64,000 nt of DNA from an uncultured Candidatus Saccharibacteria bacterium (GCA_964629675.1 CAZVUG010000005.1:5806-69805); one strand, 5' to 3'; numbered from the stretch's first letter, positions 53,252-63,759 are shown. Numbers and translations: made by a program. The notes: a model not told the origin generated them from the letters alone.

Positions 53252-53866
53252 ATGGAACTAATTTTAGCTACGCTTGCGTCTTTAGTTATTGAATTTATCT
53301 CGGCTACTGGATATTTAGGCATTACTATTTTGATGGCTCTAGAAAGCGCCTGCATCCCTATTCCTTCAGAAGTTATTATGCCTTTTTCTGGATTTTTGGT
53401 TTTTGAAGGCGAACTTATTTTTTGGCAAGTAATTCTTTGGGGAACAATTGGCAATTTACTCGGCTCAATTTTAGCTTATCTGGTTGGTTTGTCTGGCGGG
53501 CGATCTTTAATTGAAAAATATGGCAAGTATTTTTTAATTTCTTCTTCAGATTTAGCCCGGGCTGACCATTGGTTTGCTAAATACGGCCAGGTAACAGTTC
53601 TTTTAAGCAGAGTCTTGCCAGTAGTCCGCACTTTTATTTCTTTACCAGCCGGAATTGCCCGAATGAATTTTTTTAAATTCTCTTTATATACTTTCCTTGG
53701 CTCTTTGCCGTGGGCTTTTGTTTTAACTTATGCCGGGCTAATCATGGGCAAAAATTGGTCTCAGTTAGAAAGTTATTTCAGAGAATTTGATTTAATTATT
53801 GGCTTTTTAATTATTTTAGGAATTATTTGGTGGATCTGGAGGCATTTTAAATCAAAAAATAATTAA
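53252..53866 (+). CDS. DedA-family membrane protein
   Basis: LESACIPIPSEVI, RVLPVVRTFISLPAG. Confidence 0.93.
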   Translation: MELILATLASLVIEFISATGYLGITILMALESACIPIPSEVIMPFSGFLVFEGELIFWQVILWGTIGNLLGSILAYLVGLSGGRSLIEKYGKYFLISSSDLARADHWFAKYGQVTVLLSRVLPVVRTFISLPAGIARMNFFKFSLYTFLGSLPWAFVLTYAGLIMGKNWSQLESYFREFDLIIGFLIILGIIWWIWRHFKSKNN

Positions 53867-53875
53867 TTTATTAAA

Positions 53876-54640
53876 ATGGATACAAAAAAGATTATTATTG
53901 CAAACTGGAAATGCAATCCTAATACTCGCCAACAGGCAGAGCATCTTTTGAATTCAATCAAAACAGAAATCCAAAGAGTAAAAGAAGTCGAAACGATTAT
54001 TTGTCCGCCATTTGTCTGGCTTTCTCTGTCAAAGTCTAAAATTGCTTTGGGCGCCCAAGACTGCCTTTGGGAAAAAGGAGGCCCTTATACCGGGGAAATT
54101 TCTCCGTGGATGCTGAAAGAGCTAGGTGTTGAGTATGTTATTATCGGCCATTCTGAGAGAAGAAAACATTTCCAAGAAACTGATGAGATGATTAACAAGA
54201 AAATAAAGGCAGCTTTAAAAGCAAGATTAAAGCCAATTTTATGCGTTGGCGAAGAGGCTAAAGATTCTTTTGATGCTAACGGAAAATTGCTTAATGAAAC
54301 AAGCTTGATTATTGGAGAACAGCTGGCAAAAGACATCCAGGGAATATCTGCTAATCAATTGAGCCAAATTATTATTGCCTATGAGCCAGTTTGGGCTATT
54401 GGCACAGGTAATCCTTGTTTGCCTGATGATGCTGTCAAGTCAATTCTTTTTTTGAGAAAAACTATTAGCAAGCTTTATAGCCGAAAAATAGCCGAGAAAG
54501 TAAAAATTATTTACGGTGGAAGTATCAATGAGCAAAATGCTGCTGGCTATTTAGAGGAAATAAGTATTGACGGTCTTTTGATTGGCGGGGCTTCTTTAAA
54601 TGCTAGCGAGTTTGTCAGAATTATTAAAAAAGTGAAATAA
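53876..54640 (+). CDS. tpiA: Triosephosphate isomerase
   Basis: NWK, GHSERR, AYEPVWAIGTG, YGGS, GGASL. Confidence 0.97.
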   Translation: MDTKKIIIANWKCNPNTRQQAEHLLNSIKTEIQRVKEVETIICPPFVWLSLSKSKIALGAQDCLWEKGGPYTGEISPWMLKELGVEYVIIGHSERRKHFQETDEMINKKIKAALKARLKPILCVGEEAKDSFDANGKLLNETSLIIGEQLAKDIQGISANQLSQIIIAYEPVWAIGTGNPCLPDDAVKSILFLRKTISKLYSRKIAEKVKIIYGGSINEQNAAGYLEEISIDGLLIGGASLNASEFVRIIKKVK

Positions 54641-55806
54641 TGAAATCTATTAGAGATTTTAATTTAAAAGATAAAAAAGTCTTAGTCCGGGCTGATTTTA
54701 ACGTTCCGATTAACAATCATCAAAAAATTAGCGATCAAGAAGATTGGCGACTCGAAGCGACTTTGCCAACAATTAATTATTTGCAGGAAAAAGGAGCTAA
54801 AATTATTCTAATGGCTCATCTTGGCAGGCCGGGAGGTAAAAAAGTAGAATATCTCAAGCTAGACTCAGTTGGCCAGAAACTATCAGAGCTTTTAGGAAAA
54901 AAAGTTTTAAAATTAGATGATTGTTTTGGCAAGGAAGTTAAGAAAAAGGTGGAAAATTTATCTAGCGGAGAAATTATTTTATTAGAGAATCTTCGTTTTT
55001 ATAAAGAAGAAGAGGAAAATGATGATCATTTTGCTAAGCAATTAGCTGAATTAGGCGATCTCTATATCAATGATGCTTTTGCTGTTTCTCATCGAGCTCA
55101 TGCTTCAGTTGTTGGTTTGCCGAAATATTTAGAAAGCGGTTCGGGACTACTTTTGGAAAAAGAAATTAAAACTCTCGCAAAAGTTTTAGATAATCCGGAT
55201 TATCCTTTGGCTGTAATCATGGGCGGTAAAAAGATTACAACTAAAATTAAAGTTATTAAATCTATCTTAAAAAAAGCAGATGATTTAATTTTGGCGGGCG
55301 CTCTGGCAAATGTTGTTATTAGCGCTAAGGGGATTGCTATTGGCAGTTCGATTACTGATGAAAATATGATTGAAGAAGTTCATAAGCTTGATTTAACTGA
55401 CACAAAAATTCATATCCCGGTAGATGTTATCGCCTGTTATGGATCAGAAGAAAAATCTCCTTGCCGAGTTTCTCCAGTAGGCCATATTAAAGAAAAAGAA
55501 ATGATTTTGGATATTGGCCCGGATACTTGCCAAATTTTTAAAAAAGTTATCTCGCAAGCCAAAACAATTATTTGGAACGGTCCAATGGGCTTGATGGAAA
55601 TAGAAAAGTTTGCCAAAGGAAGCCAAGAAATAGCTGAGGCCGTAGCGCAAAACAATGGTTTTTCAGTAGTCGGCGGCGGAGATACTATTAGTTTTTTAGA
55701 AAAAATAAATCTTAGGGAAAAGATGAATCATGTTTCTACAGGAGGGGCAGCCATGCTAAGTTTTTTAGCTAGAGAAAAATTACCTGGCATAGAAGCATTA
55801 GGATAA
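54640..55806 (+). CDS. pgk: Phosphoglycerate kinase
   Basis: RADFNVP, HLGRP, LENLRF, WNGPMG, STGG. Confidence 0.97.
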   Translation: MKSIRDFNLKDKKVLVRADFNVPINNHQKISDQEDWRLEATLPTINYLQEKGAKIILMAHLGRPGGKKVEYLKLDSVGQKLSELLGKKVLKLDDCFGKEVKKKVENLSSGEIILLENLRFYKEEEENDDHFAKQLAELGDLYINDAFAVSHRAHASVVGLPKYLESGSGLLLEKEIKTLAKVLDNPDYPLAVIMGGKKITTKIKVIKSILKKADDLILAGALANVVISAKGIAIGSSITDENMIEEVHKLDLTDTKIHIPVDVIACYGSEEKSPCRVSPVGHIKEKEMILDIGPDTCQIFKKVISQAKTIIWNGPMGLMEIEKFAKGSQEIAEAVAQNNGFSVVGGGDTISFLEKINLREKMNHVSTGGAAMLSFLAREKLPGIEALG

Positions 55807-55819
55807 CTGGAAATTTTTT

Positions 55820-57547
55820 ATGCATTGGAATATTAAGCCAAAGGCGCCGGAGGATTTTTTAAAGAAATTTTCTGAATTTTCTCCATTAGTAATTCAATTA
55901 CTTTATAACCGTGGATTAAAAACTCAGGAACAAATTGATGAGTTTTTTGATTCTATCTACGGACCAGATGTTCACGATCCGTTCTTAATGAATGATATGG
56001 ATAAGGCGGTTGACCGCGTGCTGAAGGCAGTTAAAAAGAAAGAAAAAATAGCTATTTATGGTGATTATGATGCGGATGGCGTCTGCTCTTCGGCCATTTT
56101 ATTTTTTGTTCTTCAGTGCTTGGGCGTATCTAATATCAGAATCTATATTCCAGATCGCAAAGAAGAAAGCCATGGTTTGAATAAGAAAGCTATTAAAAAA
56201 TTAGCTGATGAAGGAATTAATCTGATCATCACCGTTGATTGCGCTAGCAATAATTTAGCAGAAATTGAATTAGCTAATTCTTTAAACTTAGAAGTTATTG
56301 TAACGGATCATCATGAATTAGAAGAAGAATTTCCCAAGGCAGTTGCTCTTATCAATCCTTATCATAATGATAACAGATATCCATTTCAAGATTTAGCTGG
56401 AGCAGGCGTAGCTTACAAACTAGGCCTAGCTCTTTTATCTAGCAAAAAGAGTAAATACGGCGAAGAATTAAAAAAACAATTATTAGACCTGGTGGCTATT
56501 GCGACGATAGCTGATGTAATGCCTCTAATTGGAGAAAACAGGATTCTAGTTAAAAGAGGCTTGAAAGTATTAACTGAAACTAGGTGGCTGGGGCTAAAAA
56601 AACTGATGGAATTAGCTAGAATAGAAATTCTGCCAGATGGCATTAATAGCTATGCTATTGGTTATTTTCTAGCTCCTCGGATAAATGTTGCTGGACGTTT
56701 GAATCATGCTAATAAAGCATTTGAACTTTTGACTACTGAAGATGAAGATGAAGCCTTAAGACTAGCTCAGGAATTGGAAGCAGATAATGTTATTAGGCAA
56801 AAAAGTACTGAAGTAATTGTCCAAGAATTAGAAAAAAGAATTCAGGCAAAAAAAGGAATTCCTAAATTATTTTTAGAAGGCGATGCTGAGTGGTCAGTTG
56901 GTCTTTTAGGCTTAGCTGCTGGTAAAATTGCGGAAAGGTATAGCCGGCCGACAATAATTTACCAAGAAAGAGACGGTTTTATTTTTGCTTCCTCTCGCAG
57001 TATTCCTTCTTTTGATTTGTTTGATGCTTTAAAACAATGCGATAATCTGCTGGAAAAATTCGGCGGACATAAAGCTGCTGCAGGTTTTACTGCCAAAAAA
57101 GAAAATCTAGAGAAAATTAGGAAAAAGTTAACAGCAATAGCCGAAGAAAAATTAACAGCAGAGGATTTAATTCCTACTTTAAATATTGAAGCTGAATTGC
57201 CTTTGGCGGAAATGAATCTGCAGAACTATGAAAAGATTCAAAAATTTGCTCCTTTCGGCAAAGGTAATCTAATGCCAAAATTATTAGCTAGAGGATTAGA
57301 AATAGTAGAATTAAGGGAAGTTGGCAATTCAGGCAAGCATTTAAAGCTTCTTTTGAGAATGTTTAATGGCGATGCTAAACTGGCTAAAAATTTCAAAGCA
57401 ATTGGTTTTAACTTAAGTGCTGAATGGCGGGGTAAATTAAAAGTTGGCAGTTTAATTGACGTAGTTTTTGAAATGGGAGTTAATGAATGGATGGGCTATC
57501 GAGATCTAGAAATGAAAATAAATGATATTAAAATACAAAATTTATGA
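55820..57547 (+). CDS. recJ: ssDNA exonuclease RecJ
   Basis: YGDYDADG, ITVD, TDHH, APRINVAGR, GGHKAAAG. Confidence 0.95.
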   Translation: MHWNIKPKAPEDFLKKFSEFSPLVIQLLYNRGLKTQEQIDEFFDSIYGPDVHDPFLMNDMDKAVDRVLKAVKKKEKIAIYGDYDADGVCSSAILFFVLQCLGVSNIRIYIPDRKEESHGLNKKAIKKLADEGINLIITVDCASNNLAEIELANSLNLEVIVTDHHELEEEFPKAVALINPYHNDNRYPFQDLAGAGVAYKLGLALLSSKKSKYGEELKKQLLDLVAIATIADVMPLIGENRILVKRGLKVLTETRWLGLKKLMELARIEILPDGINSYAIGYFLAPRINVAGRLNHANKAFELLTTEDEDEALRLAQELEADNVIRQKSTEVIVQELEKRIQAKKGIPKLFLEGDAEWSVGLLGLAAGKIAERYSRPTIIYQERDGFIFASSRSIPSFDLFDALKQCDNLLEKFGGHKAAAGFTAKKENLEKIRKKLTAIAEEKLTAEDLIPTLNIEAELPLAEMNLQNYEKIQKFAPFGKGNLMPKLLARGLEIVELREVGNSGKHLKLLLRMFNGDAKLAKNFKAIGFNLSAEWRGKLKVGSLIDVVFEMGVNEWMGYRDLEMKINDIKIQNL

Positions 57548-57978
57548 AAATTATTACCTATACCGATGGCGGAGCAAGAGGTAATCCCGGGCCGGCAGCC
57601 ATTGGAGTAGTTATTAAACAAGAAGGACAAACTCTTAAAAAATATCAGGAATTTATTGGCAAGAGAACCAACAATCAGGCTGAATACCAAGCTATTATTT
57701 TAGCTTTAGAGAAAGCTAAGCTGCTTTTTGGCAAAAAGCAAACTAAAGACTTAGAAATTGAAATGAGAATTGATAGCGAGTTAGCAGTTAAACAATTAAA
57801 TCATCAGTATAAAATTAAAGAAAAAGATTTAATTCCTTTATTTATTAAAATTTGGAATTTGATGCTTGATTTTAAGCAAATTATTTTTAAGCATATTCCA
57901 CGAACGGAAAATACAGAAGCTGACCAATTGGTTAATCAAGCTTTAGATGAGCAGGGAAAAATCCAGACCCTTCTTTAA
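57544..57978 (+). CDS. rnhA: Ribonuclease HI (archaeal-like RNase HI family)
   Basis: DGGARGNPGPA, TNNQAEY, DSEL, PRTEN-AD. Confidence 0.93.
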   Translation: MKIITYTDGGARGNPGPAAIGVVIKQEGQTLKKYQEFIGKRTNNQAEYQAIILALEKAKLLFGKKQTKDLEIEMRIDSELAVKQLNHQYKIKEKDLIPLFIKIWNLMLDFKQIIFKHIPRTENTEADQLVNQALDEQGKIQTLL

Positions 57979-57989
57979 ATTAATGATGC

Positions 57990-58017
57990 TTGACTATTTT
58001 AGGTAGAGAGATAAGAT
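57990..58017 (+). promoter_or_regulatory. Promoter of the orphan Cys-rich gene
   Basis: TTGACT-16bp-TAAGAT. Confidence 0.55.
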
Positions 58018-58061
58018 TAGGAGAATAGATAGTTTTTTAATAATATAAAAAGGAGGTAAAG

Positions 58062-58448
58062 ATGAAATGTTGGATAGATAATAGCTTGTGTCCTTATCAA
58101 ACTGGCAATGATAAATATGGCTTTCTCTCTATGCCAAGCAATTTTTGCCGCGATTGTAATTTTTTTAAATCTAATCTGGACGATATCAAAATGATTTTAG
58201 AAGAAATAGAAATACCTACGTCGTTAGATGAGGAGGAATATAATGTTGATTTTTATTTTTGCGAAGAAGTTTTAGATAATCTTGATAGTCCTAGAATTAT
58301 TCTGGCTTCCCTAAAAATGTTGGAAAAATCAATAAGGAAACAAAACAAAGGAAAGGAAATAAGCCCAAAACAAGATTATTTATTATCGCAAATTATCTCA
58401 ATAAAGGAAATTTTTCTTTCCCGGGTCTATCTAAGTAAAAATTTTTAA
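58062..58448 (+). CDS. Orphan protein with N-terminal Cys cluster (C-x6-C-x18-CxxC)
   Basis: 128-aa ORF with AGGAGG SD, own promoter and terminator. Confidence 0.7.
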   Translation: MKCWIDNSLCPYQTGNDKYGFLSMPSNFCRDCNFFKSNLDDIKMILEEIEIPTSLDEEEYNVDFYFCEEVLDNLDSPRIILASLKMLEKSIRKQNKGKEISPKQDYLLSQIISIKEIFLSRVYLSKNF

Positions 58449-58469
58449 TTTACAAATCAGTTGTAAAAT

Positions 58470-58499
58470 AGGCAGTTCAGAAATGATCTGCCTTTTTTC
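58470..58499 (+). terminator. Intrinsic terminator
   Basis: AGGCAGTTCA-GAAA-TGATCTGCCT-TTTTT. Confidence 0.7.
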
Positions 58500-58534
58500 T
58501 TGACATTGTTTTTAAGAAAGTGTTATTATTAAAT

Positions 58535-58881
58535 AATCCAAGTAAGTGAGGCAGTTGCCTTGTTTTTTAAACAGGGAGGAAAGTCCGGGCACCGCAAGTG
58601 GCAGTGGGTAACGCCCACCGTCTGTGAGGATAGGGAAAGTGCCACAGAGACAATATTTCTTTACTTTAGGGGAAATCTCCTAAAGCAGAGTAAAGGTGAA
58701 AAGTGAAGGATTAAGACCCTTCTCCCCGAAGGGAGACCTTCTGGGGTGGTAAACCCTGCCTGGTGCAAGAGCAAATAGAGTAGCTCGCTTGAGCCTATTA
58801 GCAATAATAGGCCTAGATAGATGACTGCCTTTGCTTTATTAATAAAGCAAAACAGAACCCGGCTTACAGCTTGCTTGGATT
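58535..58881 (+). ncRNA. rnpB: RNase P RNA (reduced type A-like)
   Basis: GAGGAAAGTCCGGGC and AACAGAACCCGGCTTA conserved P4 halves; AATCCAAGTAAG/CTTGCTTGGATT P1; TTGACA promoter at 58500. Confidence 0.95.
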
Positions 58882-58884
58882 AAA

Positions 58885-58912
58885 AAGAATACGTCTGCTG
58901 ACGTATTTTTTT
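58885..58912 (+). terminator. Terminator of rnpB
   Basis: AATACGTC-TGCT-GACGTATT-TTTTT. Confidence 0.75.
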
Positions 58913-58971
58913 AATTTAAGCAAAATACTGCTTATTGATTTATCGCTTGAAATTAATTAGAATGAATACTA

Positions 58972-60360
58972 ATGAAGAAATCAGAACTTGTTTTTAGCGC
59001 TATCTTAGTCCCTCTGGACTTTATAATGCTTTTAGGGGCTGGTTTAGCTTCTTATTTTTTGCGAACTAGTTCCTGGGTGATCCAATATCGGCCAGTCCTT
59101 TTTAGTCTTAATCTTTCTTTTAATAAATATCTTATATTGCTTTTAGGAGTTTCTATTTTATTTCTCGCTATTTTTACTTTAGTCGGCCTTTATAGAATTA
59201 GAAATATCCGTTCTCTTTTGGAAGATTTTTTGAAAATTGTTGTTGGTATTTCAGCTGGAATTATGGTTTTGGTTTTTTATATCTTTCTTAGCCGAGAATG
59301 GTTTAATTCCCGATTCTTAATTTTAGCCGGCTGGTTTTTAGCAATATCATTAGTTTTTTTAGGCCGCCTTTTAGTTTATCGCTTCCAAAAATACTTAAGA
59401 AGAAAATATCATTTTGGCGTGCCCAAAGTTTTAATTATTGGCAAAGATGGTATTAGTCGCAAGATTATGCAAAGCATTGAGAATAATCCTGATTTAGGCT
59501 ATCAACTGGCAGCTCATTTAATTGAGCCTGATTTAAAAGAAATTGAAGCAAAAAAGAATGACCTTGGCATAGATGAAATTATTTTAGCTGATCCTAATTG
59601 GCCCCGCCAGCGGATTATTGAATTAATTAATTTCTGCGAAGACAATTATTTGATTTTTAAATTTGTTCCTAATCTTTTTCAAACTTTAACTGCTAATACA
59701 TCAGTGGAGACATTAGGCGATGTTCCAGTGGTAGAACTGAAAAGAACTGCCTTGGAGGGCTGGGGAAGAATTAACAAAAGAATAATTGATTTTATTGGCT
59801 CATTATTTGGCTTAATTTTACTTTCGCCTTTTTTTGTCTTGATTGCTTTAATTATTAAAATTAATTCAGCTGGTCCTGTTTTTGTCCGCTTGGATCGTAT
59901 AAGCCAAGGCAAGAAATTTAGAGTTTATAAATTTAGATCAATGGTTAAAAATGCCGAAGAATTAAAAAAAGAACTCTTGCCTTATAACGAGAGAAAAGAC
60001 GGTCCTTTGTTTAAAATGAAAAATGATCCAAGGATAACTAAAGTTGGCCATTTTTTAAGAAAATACCGCATTGATGAATTTCCTCAATTAATCAATGTTT
60101 TAAAAGGAGAAATGAGCTTAGTCGGCCCGCGTCCTCATCAGCCGGATGAAATTGAAAAATACCAGCAGCACCATCGAAAAGTTTTAGCGATTAAGGCAGG
60201 AATGACTGGCTTTGCCCAAGCCAGCGGCAGTTCAGATCTCCCTTTCGAAGAAGAAATTAAATTAGATACTTATTATGTTGAAAACTGGTCATTGCTCTTA
60301 GACTTAAAAATATTCTTAAAGACTTGGTTAATTTTGTTTAAAGACAGATCAGCTTGTTAA
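58972..60360 (+). CDS. Polyprenyl-phosphate glycosylphosphotransferase (WcaJ/WbaP family)
   Basis: N-terminal TMs; KFRSM, DPRIT, DEFPQL, SLVGPRP, YVENWS. Confidence 0.93.
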   Translation: MKKSELVFSAILVPLDFIMLLGAGLASYFLRTSSWVIQYRPVLFSLNLSFNKYLILLLGVSILFLAIFTLVGLYRIRNIRSLLEDFLKIVVGISAGIMVLVFYIFLSREWFNSRFLILAGWFLAISLVFLGRLLVYRFQKYLRRKYHFGVPKVLIIGKDGISRKIMQSIENNPDLGYQLAAHLIEPDLKEIEAKKNDLGIDEIILADPNWPRQRIIELINFCEDNYLIFKFVPNLFQTLTANTSVETLGDVPVVELKRTALEGWGRINKRIIDFIGSLFGLILLSPFFVLIALIIKINSAGPVFVRLDRISQGKKFRVYKFRSMVKNAEELKKELLPYNERKDGPLFKMKNDPRITKVGHFLRKYRIDEFPQLINVLKGEMSLVGPRPHQPDEIEKYQQHHRKVLAIKAGMTGFAQASGSSDLPFEEEIKLDTYYVENWSLLLDLKIFLKTWLILFKDRSAC

Positions 60361-60374
60361 AAATAAAAAGAAGC

Positions 60375-61457
60375 ATGAAAGTAGCCTTAGTGCACGATTA
60401 TCTTAACCAATACGGAGGGGGGGAAAGGGTTTTGGAAGCGCTCTGTCAAATTTTTCCTAAAGCGCCTATTTATACTCTGCTTTATGATAAAAAGAGAACT
60501 GGCTTTGCTTTTGCAAACAGAGAAATTCATACTTCTTTTCTGCAAAAAGTTCCTTTTGTCAAATCTCACCATCGGCCTTTTTTAATGCTGATGCCTTTGG
60601 CTATTGAACAATTTGATTTTTCTTCTTTTGACTTGGTTATTTCTGATTCAGCGAGCTATGCTAAAGGAGCCGTGACTGCTTCAGAAGCAAATCATATCTG
60701 CTATTGCCATACGCCGATCCGTTATGCCTGGGATGATTCTCATCGATACATTGAAGAATTTGGCTATTCTAATCCGATCAAGAAAGTAATTCCTTTTTTT
60801 ATGAACTATATCCGTCTTTGGGATGAGCAAGCAGCCCAAAGAGTAGATTGTTTTTTAGCTAATTCTAATTTTGTCGCTAAAAGAATTAAGAAGTATTATC
60901 ACCGCGAATCAACTGTCATTTATCCGCCAGTAAAGACAAAACTTTTCTATACTGCTTCCAGCAATAATCCTTATTTCTTAATGGTTGGTCGCTTTCTGCC
61001 ATACAAAAGATTTGATCTGGCTATTGACGCTTTTAATCATTTGGGGCTTCCGCTAAAAATTGTTGGCGACGGTCCGGAAAAAAAGAAACTGCAGAAAAGA
61101 GCTAGGCCGAATATAGAATTCGTTGGCTTAGTTCCAGAAAATAAATTGAGGGATTACTATGCTTATTCTCAAGCTTTCGTTTTTCCCCAAGAAGAAGACT
61201 TTGGTATTACGGCTGTAGAATCAATTGCTGCCGGCAAACCAGTCATTGCTTATCAGGCTGGCGGTGTTTTAGAAATCATCAAGGAAGGAATAAGCGGAAT
61301 GTTCTTTAAAGAGCAAACAGCAGAATCTTTAATAGAAACTTTAAAAAAATTTAAACCGGAAAATTTTGATTCAGAAATTATTAGAAAAGAAGCAGAAAAA
61401 TTTGACCAAGATCGTTTTATAAAAAATATCGAAGAATACATTAAAAGCAAAATTTAA
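60375..61457 (+). CDS. GT4 glycosyltransferase
   Basis: VHDYLNQYGGGERV, CHTPIRY, EDFGI; likely start ATG 60375. Confidence 0.92.
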   Translation: MKVALVHDYLNQYGGGERVLEALCQIFPKAPIYTLLYDKKRTGFAFANREIHTSFLQKVPFVKSHHRPFLMLMPLAIEQFDFSSFDLVISDSASYAKGAVTASEANHICYCHTPIRYAWDDSHRYIEEFGYSNPIKKVIPFFMNYIRLWDEQAAQRVDCFLANSNFVAKRIKKYYHRESTVIYPPVKTKLFYTASSNNPYFLMVGRFLPYKRFDLAIDAFNHLGLPLKIVGDGPEKKKLQKRARPNIEFVGLVPENKLRDYYAYSQAFVFPQEEDFGITAVESIAAGKPVIAYQAGGVLEIIKEGISGMFFKEQTAESLIETLKKFKPENFDSEIIRKEAEKFDQDRFIKNIEEYIKSKI

Positions 61458-61459
61458 TT

Positions 61460-62611
61460 ATGACTATTGGTATTGATATTAGAGTCTTAGCTCGCGGAAC
61501 AAGGACAGGCATAGAGGAGTATACGATTAATCTTCTATCTCATCTTTTGCCATTAGAACCAAAAATTAATTTCAAGCTTTTTTACAATGCCTACCAAAAG
61601 ATAGATTTGGATTATCCTTGGATTAACCTGCCGAATGTCGAGTTAAAAGATTTTAGGATACCTAACCGTCTTTTTTTCGCTTCAGCTGGCTATCTTAACC
61701 AGCCCAAAATTGATAAATTATTAGGTGATATCGATATCTATTTTAACCCTCATTTCTTTGCTGCACCGCTTTCGCCTCGCTTAAAAAAGGTTGTAACTTT
61801 CCATGATCTTTCTTTCGAGCATCATCCTTGCTTTTTTTCCTGGCGAAAAAGATTATGGCAAAAATTTTTAATGAATACTCGGAAAGAAGCGCAAAAAGCA
61901 GACCGAATTATTGCTGTCTCTAAATCGACAAAGGAAGATTTAATTAATTTTTATAAAATTGAGCCGCAGAAAATAAAAGTTATTTATTCCGGATTAGGCG
62001 AGCGTTTTCTTAATAATAAAAAGGAAAATCAAGAAGAAAAAATAGAAAGCATTAAGAAGAAATATAATTTACCCGATAGGTTTATTTTATATTTTGGCAC
62101 TATTGAACCTCGTAAAAATATTATTGGCTTAATTAAAGCTTTTGCAATATTGAGGAAAAAGCATTCCCTTAAACTAGTTGTTGCCGGAGCTCAGGGCTGG
62201 CTGGAAAAGGATATTTTTCGAGCAGCCCGGGAATCAGAATTTAGAAATGATATTATTTTTCCCGGCTTTATTGAAGAAGAAGACAAGCCTGTCCTTTACA
62301 ACTTAGCAGAACTTTTTATCTACCCGAGCTTTTTTGAGGGATTCGGCTTTCCTCCTCTAGAAGCAATGGCTTGCGGTTTGCCGACAATTGTCTCGCATTC
62401 TTCTTCCTTGTCAGAAGTTGTTGGTAGGGGAGCTTTAATGGTTAATCCTTACCACATTGATGAATTAGCTTGGGCAGCAAGAACAATTTTAGAAGACCAA
62501 AGATTAAGAGAAAACCTTATCTCTGAAGGGCGGAGGCAAATACGAAAATTTTCCTGGCAGAGATGCGCTGTCAAAACATTAGAAGTTTTAAAAAATGATA
62601 ATTGGAATTGA
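61460..62611 (+). CDS. GT4 glycosyltransferase (MtfB-like)
   Basis: GTIEPRKN, EGFGFPPLEAMACG. Confidence 0.92.
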   Translation: MTIGIDIRVLARGTRTGIEEYTINLLSHLLPLEPKINFKLFYNAYQKIDLDYPWINLPNVELKDFRIPNRLFFASAGYLNQPKIDKLLGDIDIYFNPHFFAAPLSPRLKKVVTFHDLSFEHHPCFFSWRKRLWQKFLMNTRKEAQKADRIIAVSKSTKEDLINFYKIEPQKIKVIYSGLGERFLNNKKENQEEKIESIKKKYNLPDRFILYFGTIEPRKNIIGLIKAFAILRKKHSLKLVVAGAQGWLEKDIFRAARESEFRNDIIFPGFIEEEDKPVLYNLAELFIYPSFFEGFGFPPLEAMACGLPTIVSHSSSLSEVVGRGALMVNPYHIDELAWAARTILEDQRLRENLISEGRRQIRKFSWQRCAVKTLEVLKNDNWN

Positions 62612-63725
62612 CGCCCGCTTTTACGGGCCAAAACAAAAAGGGTTGGGACGATATGTCCAAAAATTGGTCAATCATTTAGAAAAAGCTGATTTGCATAATC
62701 AATATATTATTTTTTTGAGAAAAGAAAATTGGTCTGAATACGAACCAACTAATCCTAATTTTAAAAAAGTCTTAGCTGATTGCCGATGGTATGGATTAAA
62801 AGAGCAGCTTTTGCTGCCGATTAAAATTCGTCAGCATAAAATAGACTTGATGCATTTTCCTCACTTTAATATTCCTGTTTTTTCTTTTGTCCCTTTTGTC
62901 GTAACTATTCATGACTTAGTCTTAAAAAGATTTCCTACCCGCCGAGCTTCTCAATTAGGTTTTTTAAAATATTGGCTGAAGAATTTAGCTTATCGTTTTG
63001 TCATCTGGCTTTCTGTTAGCCGGTCTAAAAAAATTATTACAGTTTCTGATTATACTAAAAAGGATATTCTAAATTATTTTAAAGTTAATCCGGAGAAAAT
63101 TGAAGTTATTTATGAAGGCAAACCCGATCTTAAGTATGCAAAGACAAATGCCGGCCAAAAATTACTTCAGAAATTAAAAATTCCCCAGCCGTACCTCTTA
63201 TATGTCGGCAATGCTTATCCACATAAAAATTTAGAAAGACTGATTTTAGCTTTTGCTGAAATAAGAAATCAAAATTGCCAGCTTGTCTTGGTTGGCGGAC
63301 TAGATTATTTTTACAAAAAGCTTAAAGAATTTATTCTAAGCGCTAAATTATCTAAAAGGGATTTAATTGTCTTTACTAATTTTGTTTCTGACGAACAGCT
63401 TGCTTATTTATACCAGAAAGCATCACTCTATGTCTTCCCTTCCTTGGGGGAGGGGTTTGGCTTGCCTCCTTTGGAAGCAATTGCCTACGGCACGCCAGTT
63501 GTCTCTTCTCGGGCTGGCTGCCTGCCGGAAATTTTAAGCGAAGCAGCTGTCTATTTCGATCCTAATAATATTAATGAAATGGCCCAAAAAATAGAGGAAG
63601 TTTTGCAAAATGAATCTATCCGCCGTGATTTAATAGAAAAAGGAAAAAATCTGATTAAAAAATATAGCTGGCAGAAAATGGCTTTAAAAACAAGGGATGT
63701 TTATCAAAGGGAAATTATGATATAA
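62595..63725 (+). CDS. GT4 glycosyltransferase (MtfB-like)
   Basis: GIDARFY, GNAYPHKN, EGFGLPPLEA. Confidence 0.92.
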   Translation: MIIGIDARFYGPKQKGLGRYVQKLVNHLEKADLHNQYIIFLRKENWSEYEPTNPNFKKVLADCRWYGLKEQLLLPIKIRQHKIDLMHFPHFNIPVFSFVPFVVTIHDLVLKRFPTRRASQLGFLKYWLKNLAYRFVIWLSVSRSKKIITVSDYTKKDILNYFKVNPEKIEVIYEGKPDLKYAKTNAGQKLLQKLKIPQPYLLYVGNAYPHKNLERLILAFAEIRNQNCQLVLVGGLDYFYKKLKEFILSAKLSKRDLIVFTNFVSDEQLAYLYQKASLYVFPSLGEGFGLPPLEAIAYGTPVVSSRAGCLPEILSEAAVYFDPNNINEMAQKIEEVLQNESIRRDLIEKGKNLIKKYSWQKMALKTRDVYQREIMI

Positions 63726-63759
63726 TAGCAATATCAATTAGAAAATTAAGAAGCTTAAT

